Origin: an uncultured Candidatus Rokubacteria bacterium
Lineage (GTDB): Bacteria > Methylomirabilota > Methylomirabilia > Rokubacteriales > CSP1-6
Assembly: GCA_963747235.1 (NCBI GenBank)
Contig: CAVVEU010000040.1
Span: 192,001 to 256,000 of the forward strand
DNA length: 64,000 nt
Reading direction: 5' to 3'
The notes below the pieces were generated by a model. It was given only the letters and a program-made list of their open reading frames with translations. It did not search any database and was not told where the DNA came from. Positions 10,662 through 26,727 of the stretch are shown here, one piece after another (positions within the stretch are counted from its first letter, which is position 1; the number at the start of each line of letters is the position of its first letter). Position numbers and translations under genes: made by a program.

Positions 10662-12983
10662 CCCGCCGGGTAAAGCCCGCGTGCTGGCTGCTCGTCGCGG
10701 CATGGCTGGCGGGCTGCGCCTCCGCCGCCCCGAAGCCCGCGGCCGCGCCGAGCACGAGCCCGCGCGTGGAGGTCCGCACCGAGCCCGCGCCCATGCCGAG
10801 CGTCCCGGCCTCCGCCCGCGGCGCCGGCGGTGGCCGAGAGGCCGGAAGCGGCGGCGCCGCCGCCTCCCCCACCCGCGCCGGCGGAAGCGAGCACGCCGCC
10901 CCCCGCGACGGCCCCCGTGGCCTCGCCGCCGGCGGCCGCGCGGCCCGCGCGATCGCTCGTGCTCAACTTCGACAACGCCGACGTCGAGGTGGTCATCCAG
11001 GCGGCGGCCGAGATCGTGGGCTTCAACTACGTGCTCGCCCCCGGCGCCCGCGGCCGCAAGGTCACCGTCCAGACGAGCGGAAGGATCTCGAGCGACGAGG
11101 TGTTCGGGGTGCTGCTCACCATCCTCGACGTCAACGGGCTGGCCGCGGTGCGCTCGGGCAACCTCTACCGCATCATCCCGCGCGAGGGCGCGCCCCAGAC
11201 CCAGGTGAAGACGGTGGTGGGTCGCGAGGTCAGCGCCGCGGTGCCGCCCGACGAGGTCGTGACCCAGATCGTGCCGCTGCAGTTCATCAACGCGCAGGAC
11301 GCGGTGACGCTGCTCCGGCCCTTCGTCCCCGCGCAGGGCACGATCTCCGCCCACCGCGAGACGAACCTGCTGATCGTGACCGATACCGCCGGCAATATCC
11401 GCCGGCTGCTCGACATGCTGCAGCTCGTGGACGTGGAGGTCTCCCTCAACGAGCTCCAGATCATCGCGCTCAAGCACGCCGACGCCCAGGAAGTCGCCCT
11501 GCTGCTCGGGCAGCTCTTCGGCGCCCGGGCCGGCGCGACGCAGCCCGGCGTGCCGGCCCCGCCGCCCCCCCCCGCGCCCGGCGTCACGCCGGTCCCCAGC
11601 GCCCCGGCCCCGCTCGGCGGCCTCGGCGGCGAGCGGCCGCTGATCGTGCCCGAGCGCCGCTCCAACTCGCTGGTGATCCAGGCGCGCAAGCAGGACATGG
11701 AGACGATCCGGCGGCTGATCGCCAAGCTCGACGTGGACATCTACGGCGGCCAGCGGGTCTTCATCTACTTCGCGGAGAACACCAAGTCGCGGGACCTGGC
11801 GACCACGCTCGACGCCATCTACGGCCGCGGCGACCGGGGCCCCGCGATCACCGGCACGCAGCAGACGCAGCGGACGTTCAGCAGCATCTCGAGCCCCTCC
11901 AGCCTGAGCGGCGCCCTGCCGCCGCCGCCGTCCGCGCTGCTCGGTCCGGTGCCCATCGTGGGCCAGCCGGGCGCCCGGCCGGCGGTCGGCTTCCCGGGCG
12001 TCTCGGGCGAGGGCGTGCCGCCCTCGGCGGATATCCGCTTCGTCGCGGACGAGGTGACCAACGCGGTCATCGTCACCACCTATCCGCGTCTCTGGAAGGA
12101 GATCGAGGAGACGATCAAGAAGCTCGACAAGATGCCGCGCCAGGTGCTGATCGAGGTGCTGGCCGCGGAGGTCACGCTGACCGACGACACCAAGCTCGGC
12201 ATCGAATGGGCGGTGCGCTCGGGCCGCTTCGACGTGAGCTCGTCGCCGTCGGGCCTGCTGCCCGGCCGGCCGGCCCAGTCCCTCATCCCCCTGGGCGGCG
12301 CGGTCCCGCTCGGCTTCAACGTCTTCACGTTCGCGGCGGACAAGTTCCTGGCCGCGCTCAACGCGCTCGCCAGCGAGAACCGGGTCAACGTGCTGTCGAA
12401 CCCGTCCATCATGACCACCGAGAACCGCAAGGCGGTGATCAACGTGTCCACCTCGGTGCCCATCGTCACCTCGCAGCAGGTGCCGGTGGCGACCGGCGGC
12501 ATCACCGGCAACGCGATCACCCAGACCGTGGAGTACCGCGACGCGGGCATCATCCTCACCGTCACCCCGCGGATCGGCGAGCAGGGCACGGTGGCGCTGG
12601 ACGTCAAGCAGGAGGTCAACGAGGTCGGCGAGAACGAGCCGCCCCCGATCAACTCGCCGCGGTTCACGAAGCGCGAGGCCGAGACCTCCGTGGTGCTGCT
12701 CAACAACCAGACCCTGGTGCTGGGCGGCCTGATCCAGAACAAGCGGACGCGGATCCGGATCGGCATCCCGTGGCTCAGCCGGATCCCGATCGTGGGCTAT
12801 CTCTTCGGCTCGACCGAGTACAAGATCGAGAAGACCGAGCTGCTGCTCCTGATCACCCCGCGCACGGTGGGCACCGCGCTGGACGCGGCCCGGCTCACCG
12901 ACCAGATGCGCCGCGTGACGCCGGACCTCGAAGAGTCCATCCGCCTGGCCCCCCGGGTCCCCCCGACCGGCACGCCCCGCTAG
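10658..12983 (+). CDS. gspD: Secretin GspD with lipoprotein signal (frameshift ~10820)
   Basis: WLAG|C lipobox; LNFDNADVEVVI N0 domain; QVLIEVLAAEV, VLSNPSIMT, GIILTVTPRI, LVLGGLI, GIPWLSRIP, ELLLLITP. Confidence 0.92.
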
Positions 12984-15698
<2,715 letters not shown>

Positions 15699-15729
15699 CC
15701 CCATCACCCGGACATCAAAGGAGACGACG

Positions 15730-16425
15730 GTGACGCTCACGACCCAGCAGATCGACGCGCTCAAGAAGATCACGAGTCCCAGCGTGGCCAACGCCATCGA
15801 GACGTTCAAGGTGCGGCCCCGCGAGGAGGGCAACGTCTCCTCGAGCATCCGGGCGCTCTTCCCCGAGATGGGGCCGATGGTGGGCTACGCGGCCACCGCG
15901 CTCATCCGCGCCGAGCGGGGCCCGATCGAGGGCCACCGGGCGAGCACCTTCGGCTGGTGGGACTTCGTCCTGAGCATCCCCGCCCCCCGGGTGATCGTGG
16001 TCCACGACCTCGACGACCCGCAGGGCCAGGGCGCCCAGTGGGGCGAGGTGCAGGCCAACATCCACCGCGCCCTCGGCTGCGTCGGCGTCGTCACCGACGG
16101 CTCGGTGCGCGATCTGGACGAGGTGCGCGCGCTCAACTTCCAGTTCTGCGCCGCGCACGTCTCCGTCTCGCACGCCAACATCCACATGGTGGACTTCGGC
16201 CTGCCGGTCAAGGTGGGCGGGGTGTGGATCAAGCCGGGCGACCTCGTGCACGCCGACCAGCACGGCGTCGTCACGGTGCCGCCCGAGATCGCGACCCAGA
16301 TCCCGGAGGCCATCGCCAAGGTGGAGGCCGACGAGCGCAAGATCATCTCGGCCTGCCAGGCGCCGGGCTTCAGCGCCGAGAAGCTGAAGGCACTCTTCGG
16401 GCAGATCCGGCCCGGGACCTACTGA
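15730..16425 (+). CDS. RraA family / HMG-aldolase-like protein
   Basis: MVGYAAT, WGEV, GVVTDGSVRDLDE, VKVGGVWIKPGDLVHADQHGVV. Confidence 0.85.
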   Translation: MTLTTQQIDALKKITSPSVANAIETFKVRPREEGNVSSSIRALFPEMGPMVGYAATALIRAERGPIEGHRASTFGWWDFVLSIPAPRVIVVHDLDDPQGQGAQWGEVQANIHRALGCVGVVTDGSVRDLDEVRALNFQFCAAHVSVSHANIHMVDFGLPVKVGGVWIKPGDLVHADQHGVVTVPPEIATQIPEAIAKVEADERKIISACQAPGFSAEKLKALFGQIRPGTY

Positions 16426-16470
16426 CAGCGTGATTTTGCGCTGGCGCAGGCGTCAGCGCCCCGGCCGATC

Positions 16471-16918
16471 ATGATCGAGATCCGACTGCCCCGGGTGGCC
16501 GATGAGGTCGGCTGCCGAACCCTCGCCGCCGCCGTCATCGGGGAGGAGCGCGCCGGTGCGTTCATCCGCTCGCATCTGGAGCGCCACCACCTGATCGTCG
16601 CCGAGGCCGAGGGTGAGGTCGTGGGCTTCCTCGCGTACCGGTCCGACTGGTTCCAGTGCACCTTCGTCAGCCTGGTGGTGGTGCGGGACGACTTCCGCCG
16701 CAAGGGCATCGCGCGCGAGTTCTTCAAGTCGGTGGAGGCGGTGTCGCCCACCCCGCGCCTCTTCTCCTCCACCGAGGAGACCAACGCGGTGTCCATCCAG
16801 ATGCATCGCGGCGCTCGGCTTTCAACCGAGCGGCCACATCGACAACCTGCCCCAGGGGGTCCGCGAGCTGCTCTTCTACAAGCGCATCCCGCCGCGTTCC
16901 CTTGGATCAACCAGTTAG
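16471..16918 (+). CDS. GNAT N-acetyltransferase (frameshift ~16808)
   Basis: VAEAEGEVVGFL; VRDDFRRKGIA acetyl-CoA motif; continues ALGFQPSG in the shifted frame. Confidence 0.75.
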
Positions 16919-16934
16919 ACGGAGGCGCGCCGCC

Positions 16935-17391
16935 ATGTCCGAGAAGACGACCCTGCTGAGCGAAGCGGAGACCGAGCTCACCCTGTTCAAGCGCGCGATC
17001 GCGGGCCTCGACGAGGCGCGGATGCGCCAGGTGTGGCTCGGGACGTGGAGCGCGCGCGACATCGTGGCCCACATCTCGGGCTGGCACCGCGAGCTGAGCC
17101 CGGCGCTCGAGCGGATCGCGCGGGGCGAGCGCCCGATCGCCGAGGGCGTCTCCTACGAGGACGTGGACGCCTGGAACGGCCGCTTCGCGGACGCGAAGAA
17201 GACGGCGGCCACCGCCGACATCCTGGCCGAGCTCGACGCCTCGCACGCCGCCTTCATGCGGGCGGCCGCCACCGTGCCCGACGAGCGCTACGTGCCCGGC
17301 AAGACCGCCCACAAGATCGTGGACCTCAACAGCCGCCATCACTATCAGGAGCATCGCAGCGCAGATCGAGGCCTGGCGCAAGGCCGGCTAG
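16935..17391 (+). CDS. DinB/ClbS-DfsB-like four-helix bundle protein
   Basis: GTWSARDIVAHISGWH ... HHYQEH metal-binding His pattern; indel near the 3' end. Confidence 0.7.
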
Positions 17392-18668
17392 TGGCCCGCG
17401 ACACGCTGGGGGGTCCTGGTCGTGCCCGCCCTCCTCTACTTCCTCTCCTACTTCCACCGGGTGGCGCCGGTGGTGGTGGCGGGCGATCTGATGGCGGCCT
17501 TCGCGGTCTCCGCGGCCACCCTGGGCGCGCTGTCCGCGATCTATCCCGTACTGCTTCGCAGCCATGGCGCTGCCCGGCGGCAGCCTCGCCGATTTCCTGG
17601 GCCCGCGCCGCACGCTCGACCCTGGGCGGGCTCAGCATGAGCGCGGGCTCGGTGCTCTTCGGGCTGGCGCCCGGCTTCGGGGTGGCCTTCGCGGGGCGCC
17701 TGCTCGTGGGCCTGGGCGCCTCCGTGATCCTCATCGCCGGGCTGCGGCTGGCCGTCGGAGTGGTTCGGCACCGGGGAGTTCGGCACCGTCGCGGGCGCGG
17801 CCCAGAGCGTGGGCTCGATCGGCGCGCTCGCGGGCACCACGCCGCTCGCCCTGCTGGTCGAGCTGATCGGCTGGCGCCGGGGCTTCGTCGCCATCGGCGC
17901 GGCCACCGCGCTGCTGGCCGTCGCGTGCTTCCTCACCGTGCGCGACCGGCCGGAGCGCCCGGCCGCGCGGGCGTCCGAGCCGCGCGCGGCGGAGCCGGGG
18001 CTGCGCGAGATCATCGCGGGGATCCCGAGCGTGCTCGTCAATCCCCACTCGTGGACGGTGGGCCTCATCTCGGGCGGCATCTACGGCGGCTTCGCCGCCT
18101 TCGTGGGCCTCTGGGGCGTGCCGTATCTCACGCAGGTCTACGAGCTGCCGCGCGTGCGGGCCGCCAACCTGGTCGGGCTGGCCGCGCTGGGCCTCCTGGT
18201 GGGCGCGCCGCTGATCGGCTGGCTCTCCGACCGCCTGAAGCGTCGCCGACTCCCCCTGATCATGGTCAGCGGCCTCAACGTCTTCACCTGGCTCGCCCTC
18301 GTCGCGCCCGGCGACGCCCATCGCGCCCGGTTTCCTGCCGCTCGTCTGCTTCCTCATCGGCCTGGGCTCGAGCGTGGTGGTGCTGGTCTTCGCGGCCATC
18401 CGCGAGGTCAACGACCCGCGCTACGTGGGCGTGGCGCTGGGCTTCCACAACGTGCCCACGTTCGTGTCCTTCGGCCTCACGCAGTGGGTGACCGGGATCG
18501 TGCTGGACCGCGTACTGGGACGGCGCGCTCGTCGAGGGCGCCCGCGTGTACGGGCACGACGCCTACCGCACCGCCTTCGCCCTCTGCCTGCTGCTGGCCG
18601 CGGGCGCCTTCGTCTCGGCCTGCCTGGCGCCCGAGACCCGCGGCCGCAACATCTGGAGCGCGGCCTGA
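17391..18668 (+). CDS. MFS transporter (several frameshifts)
   Basis: YFLSYFHRVAP, PGGSLADFLGPRR, AFAGRLLVGLG, LIGWLSDRLKRRR spread across frames. Confidence 0.8.
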
Positions 18669-19949
18669 TGGGCGCCATCCTCGAGCGCGCCGAGCGGTGC
18701 TGGTCGGGCGGCGTCGAGCCGCGCGAGTTCTGGAAGGCGACCGGCGCGACCGAGGAGATCGCCCCCGGCGTCTTCTTCGTGCACGCCTTCGCCAACGTGA
18801 CGGTGGTGCGCGCCGGGCGCGGGCTCGTGCTGGTGGACACCGCCAACTACGTGGGCCGCGAGCGGACCTTCGCCGCGGTGCGCGCGATCGACCCGGGCCC
18901 GGTCCACGCCGCCATCTACACCCACGGCCACGCCGATCACGCCTTCGGGCTGCCGCCGTTCCTCGCCGAGGCGGCCGCCAAGGGCTGGCCGCGGCCCCAG
19001 ATCGTCGGCCACCGGAGCGTCGCGGCCCGCTTCGACCGCTACCGCGCCACCCTCGGCTACAACGGGCTCATCAACGCGCGGCAGTTCTCCATCCAGGCCT
19101 CGTGGCCCACCGAGTACGACTACCCCGACACGGTCTACGATCAGGCGCTGCGCCTCGAGACCGACGGCGTGGCGCTCGAGCTGCAGCACGCGCGGGGCGA
19201 GACCGACGACGCCACGTGGGTGTGGTGGCCCGAGCGGCGCATCCTGTGGACGGGCGACCTCTTCATCTGGGTCGCGCCCAACGCGGGCAATCCCCAGAAG
19301 GTCCAGCGTTACGCCGCGGAGTGGGCGGCGGCGCTCCGCGAGATGGCGGCGCGCGGCGCGGAGCTGCTCATCCCCGGCCACGGCATGCCCATCGTGGGCG
19401 CCGAGCGCGTGCGCCAGGCGCTGACCGACACCGCGGAGTGGCTCGAGGCGCTGGTGAGCCAGACGCTCGCGCTCATGAACGCGGGGGCCACCCTCGAGGA
19501 GGTGCTGCGCGCGGTGACGCCGCCGGCTCACCTGGCCGAGCGTCGGTATCTCCAGGCGGTGTACGACGAGCCGGACTACGTCGTCCGCAATCTCTGGCGG
19601 CTCTACGGCGGCTGGTACGACGGCGTGCCCTCGCATCTCAAGCCCGCGCCGGAGGCCGAGCTGGGCCGCGAGATCCTGACGCTGGCCGGCGGCATGGACG
19701 GCGCTCATCGCGCGGGCGCGCGCGCTGGCCGCCGAGGGCCGCCTGGCCCTCGCCGCCCACCTGATCGACTGGGCCGTCGCGGCCGAGCCCGAGCACCGCG
19801 AGGCCCACGCGGCCCGCGCCCAGATCTACGAGCGCCGCGCCGAGGACGCCCGCGCGCTCATGACCCGCGGCATCTTCTCCGCCACCGCCCGCGAGTCCGC
19901 CGACAAAGCCCGCGATCCCCTCTCCCCTGAGGGGAGAGGGCCAGGGTGA
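18668..19949 (+). CDS. Alkyl sulfatase-like MBL-fold hydrolase with dimerisation domain (frameshift ~19700)
   Basis: IYTHGHADH, GETDDATWVW, PNAGNPQKVQRY, LIPGHG, VRNLWRLYGGWYDG. Confidence 0.85.
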
Positions 19950-19953
19950 GGGG
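19918..19953 (-). repeat. BoxC/REP-like palindrome overlapping the sulfatase 3' end
   Basis: Reverse complement reads CCCCTCACCCTGG-CCCTCTCCCC-TCA-GGGGAGAGGG. Confidence 0.75.
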
Positions 19954-20432
19954 TGGTCGTGGCAACCACCTACCGCCTCACCCCAAGCCGCCGCGCCGCG
20001 AATCGCCTCGTTCGCGTCCTGCTGAAGCTCGGCCTGATGCCCGGCCCCACGTACCTGCTGACCGTCGCCGGCCGCCGCACCGGCCGCCCGCTGTCGACAC
20101 CGGTGACCCTGGTGGAGGAAGGCGATGCCCGCTGGCTGGTCGCGCCCTACGGCGACGTCGCCTGGGTCCGCAGCGCCCGCGCCGCGGGCCAGGTCACGCT
20201 GAGCCGCGGCGCGCGCTCGGAGACACTCTCGATCCGGGAGCTGCCTGCGGCCGAAGCCGCCCCAGTCCTGCAGCGCTACGTCACCCGCGTCCCCATCACC
20301 CGCCCCTACTTCGACGCCAAGCCCGACTCTCCGCTCGCCGCCTTCATCGCCGAAGCCCCCCGCCACCCCGTCTTCCGGCTGGGGCATCAGGGCGGCGTGG
20401 AGACGTACGAAATGTCGGAACGTAAGACCTGA
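19953..20432 (+). CDS. Nitroreductase-like deazaflavin (F420)-dependent oxidoreductase (DUF385)
   Basis: LLTVAGRRTGRPLSTPV, WVRSARAAG, HPVFRL. Confidence 0.8.
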   Translation: MVVATTYRLTPSRRAANRLVRVLLKLGLMPGPTYLLTVAGRRTGRPLSTPVTLVEEGDARWLVAPYGDVAWVRSARAAGQVTLSRGARSETLSIRELPAAEAAPVLQRYVTRVPITRPYFDAKPDSPLAAFIAEAPRHPVFRLGHQGGVETYEMSERKT

Positions 20433-20437
20433 CCCCG

Positions 20438-21135
20438 TCAGACGACCTCGTCGGTGCGGGCGAGGACCTCGCCGAAGCGGGCGAGGGCGGGCGGCGGGAG
20501 GGTCTTGTAGACCTCGGCGATGCGGAGATTGATCTCGCGGTTGGCGAGGGCGAAGAGGCTCCGGCCCTCCGCGTCGCCCTCCACCAGGAAGGGCCCGAGG
20601 CGGTTCGACCTCGAGGACCCAGAGCGCCTGGGCGATCCCCAGCTCGCGCAGCCAGTGGACCTCGCGCACGCGCGTGATCCCGCGCCCGTAGGTCGCGCCC
20701 AGCCGTAGCCCACCGTGGTGAGGTAGACCGCGCCGTGGGGCACGAACCACTCGCGATAGGCCAGCTCGGTGAGCCCGGCCTTGCCCACGATGACGCGCGC
20801 GCCCGAGCGCTCGAACCACGGCCCCATGGACTTGCCGAACCGGAAGCTCGCGGTGGCGGTCACCGCCTCGACCACGTGGGTGCCGTCCGGGCGCGCTGGC
20901 CGCGGCGGGCGAGCAGTGGAAGTTCACGTTGGTCAGCGCGCGCACCGCCTCCGGGAAGCGGCACGCCCTTGTCCACCACCTGGCGGTAGACGCCCTCGCG
21001 CGCGGTGTAGAGCGCGCCGCTCAGGTACACCACGTCGCCGAGCTTGAGCGAGCGGATGGCCTCGTCGGACACGGGCGTGGTGAGGTGCACCTCGTCCATC
21101 GCGACGTCGTCGAGCCGCGGCGATCGCACGCCCAT
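20438..21135 (-). CDS. Fe-S hydro-lyase beta subunit (class I fumarase/tartrate dehydratase family; frameshifts)
   Basis: LTTPVSDEAIRSLKLGDVVYLSGALYTARE; TATASFR; IVGKAG; GPFLVEGD..GRSLF. Confidence 0.8.
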
Positions 21136-22081
21136 CACTCGATCCCCTACGCGGCGGTAGTAGTCGGTGAACCACCGCGGGTCGCTCCGGAACTCCACGC
21201 GCCCGTCCGGATGGATGCGCGCGGTGGCCCGCCGCGACGAGAGGCAGAACTGGTGGATGCCGATCGGCATGCCGCCGGTGTGCGTGTAGGCCAGCTCCAC
21301 GTGGGTGGCCACCACCATGGAGGTGCCCGCGAAGCCCATGGCGCCGATGCCGATGTAGTTGCCGAGCGCGGTCAGCTCGTCCTCGAGCGCCGCCGCGGCC
21401 GGATCGGGATTGCGGCTGCCGACCAGCGCGCAGGCACGCCGCTTCCTTGCCGAGCCGCACGCAGGTGTCCTTGGCGCCGCCGATGCCCACGCCCACGATG
21501 GCGGGCTGGCAGGCGAGGCCCGCGCTTGCCCGACTCGATCAGCGTGTCCACGAAGAAGCGCTTGATGCCCGGCGACGCCGTCGCCCGGGAACAGCATGCG
21601 GTAGTCGCTGCCGAAGAGCCCGCCCTTGTGCACGGTGGTCACGTCGATCCAGTCCGCGTCGCGGCTCCACCGCGTAGGTGACCTCGGGGGCGTGGCAGGC
21701 CCACGTTGTCGTTGCGGTCCTCCCGGGTGAGCGGGTGCACGCGGTTGGGCCGGAGCGGGATCGGCCTGGGTGGCCTCCGCGGTCGCCTTGCGGAGCGCGC
21801 GCTCGAGCGCCACCAGCCCGCCCTCGACCACGGCCTCGTTGCCGAGCTCGCACGTAGTAGCGCGGCAGCCCGGTGTCCGCGCACATCGGCCGCCGGTCGG
21901 CGCGTGGCGATGTCCCAGTTGCCGAGCATCTCGGTCGAGCACGAAGCGCGCGAGGCGGTTCTGTCTCCCGGTCGCGCGCGAGGCGCACGCCGTCGCGGTA
22001 GTCGGGCGGGATGTCGATCGCCGCGCGCGCGGTCAGCTCGCGCGCGGTGTCCTCGATCAGCTTGGCCGGAATGCCTGACAT
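21135..22081 (-). CDS. Fe-S hydro-lyase alpha subunit (class I fumarase/tartrate dehydratase family; frameshifts)
   Basis: RPMCADTG, PLRPNRVHP, HKGGLFGS, C.P..VGVGIGG, GIGAMGFAG, FCLSSRR; TGATG overlap with the beta gene. Confidence 0.8.
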
Positions 22082-22096
22082 TTATCCAGAAGAGAC

Positions 22097-22194
22097 GGGG
22101 GCGAGGGCCAGGGCGGCGTGGCGGGGGGCGCGCCCGGTGAGTGGGGTATCGAACAAGGGCGTGCTCCCCGCCACGCCGCCCTGGCCCTCGCCCC

Positions 22195-22195
<1 letters not shown>
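22097..22195. repeat. Long inverted repeat (30-bp perfect arms) between cimA and the hydro-lyase
   Basis: 22097-22126 is the exact reverse complement of 22166-22195; the stem extends 9 more bp with two G-T pairs. Confidence 0.85.
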
Positions 22196-23808
<1,613 letters not shown>

Positions 23809-23850
23809 AGGGGGCGTATCATCCCGCCGCCGCCCGGGGGGTGTCAAGTT

Positions 23851-24594
23851 ATGCTCGGGGCCGTGATCGCGGCCCTGATGGCGGCGGTGGTGCTGGGGGC
23901 GGCCTTCGTGAAGGGCGCCATCGGCTTCGGGTTCCCCGCCCTCGGCACCCCGCTGCTGAGCCTGATCGTGGACGTCAAGACCGCGGTGGTCGTCCTGATC
24001 CTGCCCAATATCGTGATGGACGGCATCCAGTTCGCCCGGCGCGGCACCCCGCTGGCCACCGTGCGCCGCTTCGCGGTCCTGCTCGTGGCCGGCGCCCTGG
24101 GCATCGTGCTCGGCACCCGCGCGCTGGTCGTCCTGTCACCGCGGGCCGCGACGCTGATCCTGGGCGCCTTCGTGCTCTGCTTCGTCGCGCTCAACGCGAC
24201 CGGGCTGACCCCGCGCGTGCCCCCGCACTGGGAGCGCTGGCTCGGGGCGCCCGCCGGCTTCATCGCCGGCGTCATCGGCGGGATCACCAACGCGCCCGCC
24301 ACCGCGCTCGTGCTCTACTTCCAGGCCATCGGGCTCTCGAAGCACGACTTCGTGTCGTCGGTGGCCTTCACGTTCTTCTTCTACAAGCTGGTGCAGCTCG
24401 GCGCGGTGAGCTGGTACGGGCTCCTGCCCTGGTCGCTGCTCTGGCCGTCGCTGGCCCTGACCGTCGTGGGACTCGCCGGCTTCGCGGTGGGCCTGCGCGT
24501 GCAGGACCGGCTGGATCAGCGCGGCTTCAACCGCGCGGTGCTGGTCTTCCTCGCGCTGCTCGGCGCCTGGCTGCTGATCCGCAGCCTCTGGTGA
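23851..24594 (+). CDS. TauE/SafE-family (sulfite exporter-like) membrane protein
   Basis: AFVKGAIGFGF, about 8 TM helices, GFIAGVIGG. Confidence 0.8.
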   Translation: MLGAVIAALMAAVVLGAAFVKGAIGFGFPALGTPLLSLIVDVKTAVVVLILPNIVMDGIQFARRGTPLATVRRFAVLLVAGALGIVLGTRALVVLSPRAATLILGAFVLCFVALNATGLTPRVPPHWERWLGAPAGFIAGVIGGITNAPATALVLYFQAIGLSKHDFVSSVAFTFFFYKLVQLGAVSWYGLLPWSLLWPSLALTVVGLAGFAVGLRVQDRLDQRGFNRAVLVFLALLGAWLLIRSLW

Positions 24595-24609
24595 GCGCGC
24601 GGCTCCGGA

Positions 24610-25053
24610 TCAGGCCGGGCGCATGGTGTAGGTCCAGCACTCTCCTTCCAGCAGCGTGACGCCGTCCTGGTTGGTGATCACCGCGCGGAGCTGGCAGACC
24701 GGCTTGTCGGGCTTGAGCGCCAGCACCTCGATCTCCGCGGTCACCGTGTCCCCCAGATAGGTCGGCGCCAGGTACTTGAGCGACTGGCTCATGAACACGG
24801 TGCCCGGACCGGGCAGATCCATGGCGACCAGCGCGTTCAGCATCCCCGCCGCGATGCCGCCCTGCGCGACCAGGCGGCCGAAGCGGGTCCGCGCGGCGAA
24901 GTCCGCGTCGAAGTGGAGCGGGTTGCGATCGCCCGTGATCTGCGCGTAGAGCTCGACCTCGTGCCCGGTCACGGTCTGGGTGCGGCGCGCGCGCTGCCCG
25001 ACCTCGAGGCCGAGCGGGCCGATCTGCCTCAGATCGACGCCGCTACACGACAC
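24610..25053 (-). CDS. MaoC-family (R)-hydratase/dehydratase
   Basis: ITGDRNPLHFD, LPGPGTVFMSQSLKYLAP..GDTV; start codon uncertain. Confidence 0.85.
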   Translation of the reverse strand: MSCSGVDLRQIGPLGLEVGQRARRTQTVTGHEVELYAQITGDRNPLHFDADFAARTRFGRLVAQGGIAAGMLNALVAMDLPGPGTVFMSQSLKYLAPTYLGDTVTAEIEVLALKPDKPVCQLRAVITNQDGVTLLEGECWTYTMRPA

Positions 25054-26312
25054 CGGCGGCGCGCAGCTTCTCCACGCGCGCCTTCGGCATGCGCAGGAGC
25101 CCGGTCAGGATCGCGTCGGTGTGCTGGCCGAGCAGCGGCGGGGGCAGCGTGGCCGCGCCCGGCGTGTCGTGCAGCCGCACCGGCACGCCCATCACGGTGA
25201 TCGGCCCCGCCTTGGGATGCGACAGCGAGACCATCATGCCCCGCGCCTTGAGATGCGCGCTCTCGCACACCTCGGCCACCGACTTGATGCGCCCGGCGGG
25301 CACGCCCGCCTTGTCCAGCCGCGCGAGCCACTCGTCGGCGGGGCGCGCGCCCAGGATCTCGTTGAGGAGCGGGGACCAGGATCTTCGCGATTCGTCACGC
25401 GGTTGGCCTCGGTGTCGAAGCGCGGATCCTTGATCGAGATCCTCGCGCTCCGAGCGCCGCGGCACGTGCGGTCCCACAGCGAGTTGTTGGCGACGCCCAG
25501 GGTGATGTAGACGTCCTGCGCCTTGAAGACTTCATAGGGCACGATGGACGGGTGCTCGTTGCCGCGGCGGGCCGGGCGGCCGCCCGCGTTCAGGTAGAGC
25601 CCGGCCTGATAGGTGAGCAGCGAGGCCATCACGTCGAGCATGCCGATCTCGACCTTCTGCCCGCGCCCGGTCTTCTCGCGGCTCAGCAGCGCCAGCGTGA
25701 TGCCCTGCGCGGCGGCCATGCCCGCCACCAGGTCGCCGATCGAGTTGCCGACCTTGACCGGCGGGCCGTCGGGGAACCCGGTGATGTCCATGACGCCGGA
25801 CTCGCCCTGCACGATCAGGTCGTAGCCGGGCCGGTGCGCCTCGGGGCCGCTCTCGCCGAAGCCGGAGATCGAGCAGTAGACGAGCCGCGGATTCGCCTTC
25901 CGGAGCGCCTCGTAGCCGAAGCCCAGGCGCTCCATGGTGCCGGGCCGGAAGTTCTCCAGCACCACGTCGGCCGAGGCGAGCAGCCTGCGGCAGGATCTCC
26001 TGCCCCTCGGGCGCCTTCATGTTCAGCGTGAGGCTCTTCTTGTTCCGGTTGACCGAGAGGAAGTAGGTCGCCTCGCCGCTCACGAAGGGCGGCCAGCCGC
26101 GCGTGTCGTCGCCCTTGCCGGGCTCCTCGATCTTGATCACCTCGGCGCCCATGTCGCCCAGCGACATGGCGCAGAACGGGCCCGGCCAGCACGCGGGTGA
26201 GATCGATGACGCGCACGCCGGCGAGCGGCGGCCGGGCGGACGGCCGGCGGGCCGCGGGCTTCGAGCGGGCGGCGGATGCGGTCTTGCGCGAGCGGGGCTT
26301 AGTCTTCGCCAC
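25043..26312 (-). CDS. CaiB/BaiF family III CoA-transferase (frameshifts)
   Basis: [59 protein letters not shown]. Confidence 0.9.
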
Positions 26313-26727
26313 GGGGCCTCCTGTTCCACAAGCCTTTGACGACGCTCTTGCCGATGGCGCCGACCCGCTCGCCACTGGCGCCGGCGCGACGCCAGAAGAG
26401 GCGCGCCCGGTCGGTGAATCCCATGTGGGAGAAGTAGAACACGGAGTCTACCGCTTCCACCGACACGTGGGAGCCGATCTTGACGCCCTCGGTGGCGGTG
26501 CCGTGGCAGAAGAGCCGGGCGCCGCCTTCGAGCTCGACGAGCGCCAGGTGGAGCGGGGCCCGGAAGCCCTCGGGCGGCGAGTGCAGCGTGGTGAACGAGA
26601 CCACCTCGCCGAGGGGCGGCAGCGACGCGTCCACCATCCGCACCGGATGATCGGGACAGATGCTGGCCGGCGGCACCACGAGGCGCCGGCAGCGCGGGCA
26701 GCGGGAGGCGCGGAGCCGCTCGGGCAT
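26299..26727 (-). CDS. DUF35 Zn-ribbon/OB-fold protein
   Basis: CPRC...[24 protein letters not shown]; coupled to the thiolase-like gene. Confidence 0.8.
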   Translation of the reverse strand: MPERLRASRCPRCRRLVVPPASICPDHPVRMVDASLPPLGEVVSFTTLHSPPEGFRAPLHLALVELEGGARLFCHGTATEGVKIGSHVSVEAVDSVFYFSHMGFTDRARLFWRRAGASGERVGAIGKSVVKGLWNRRPRGED

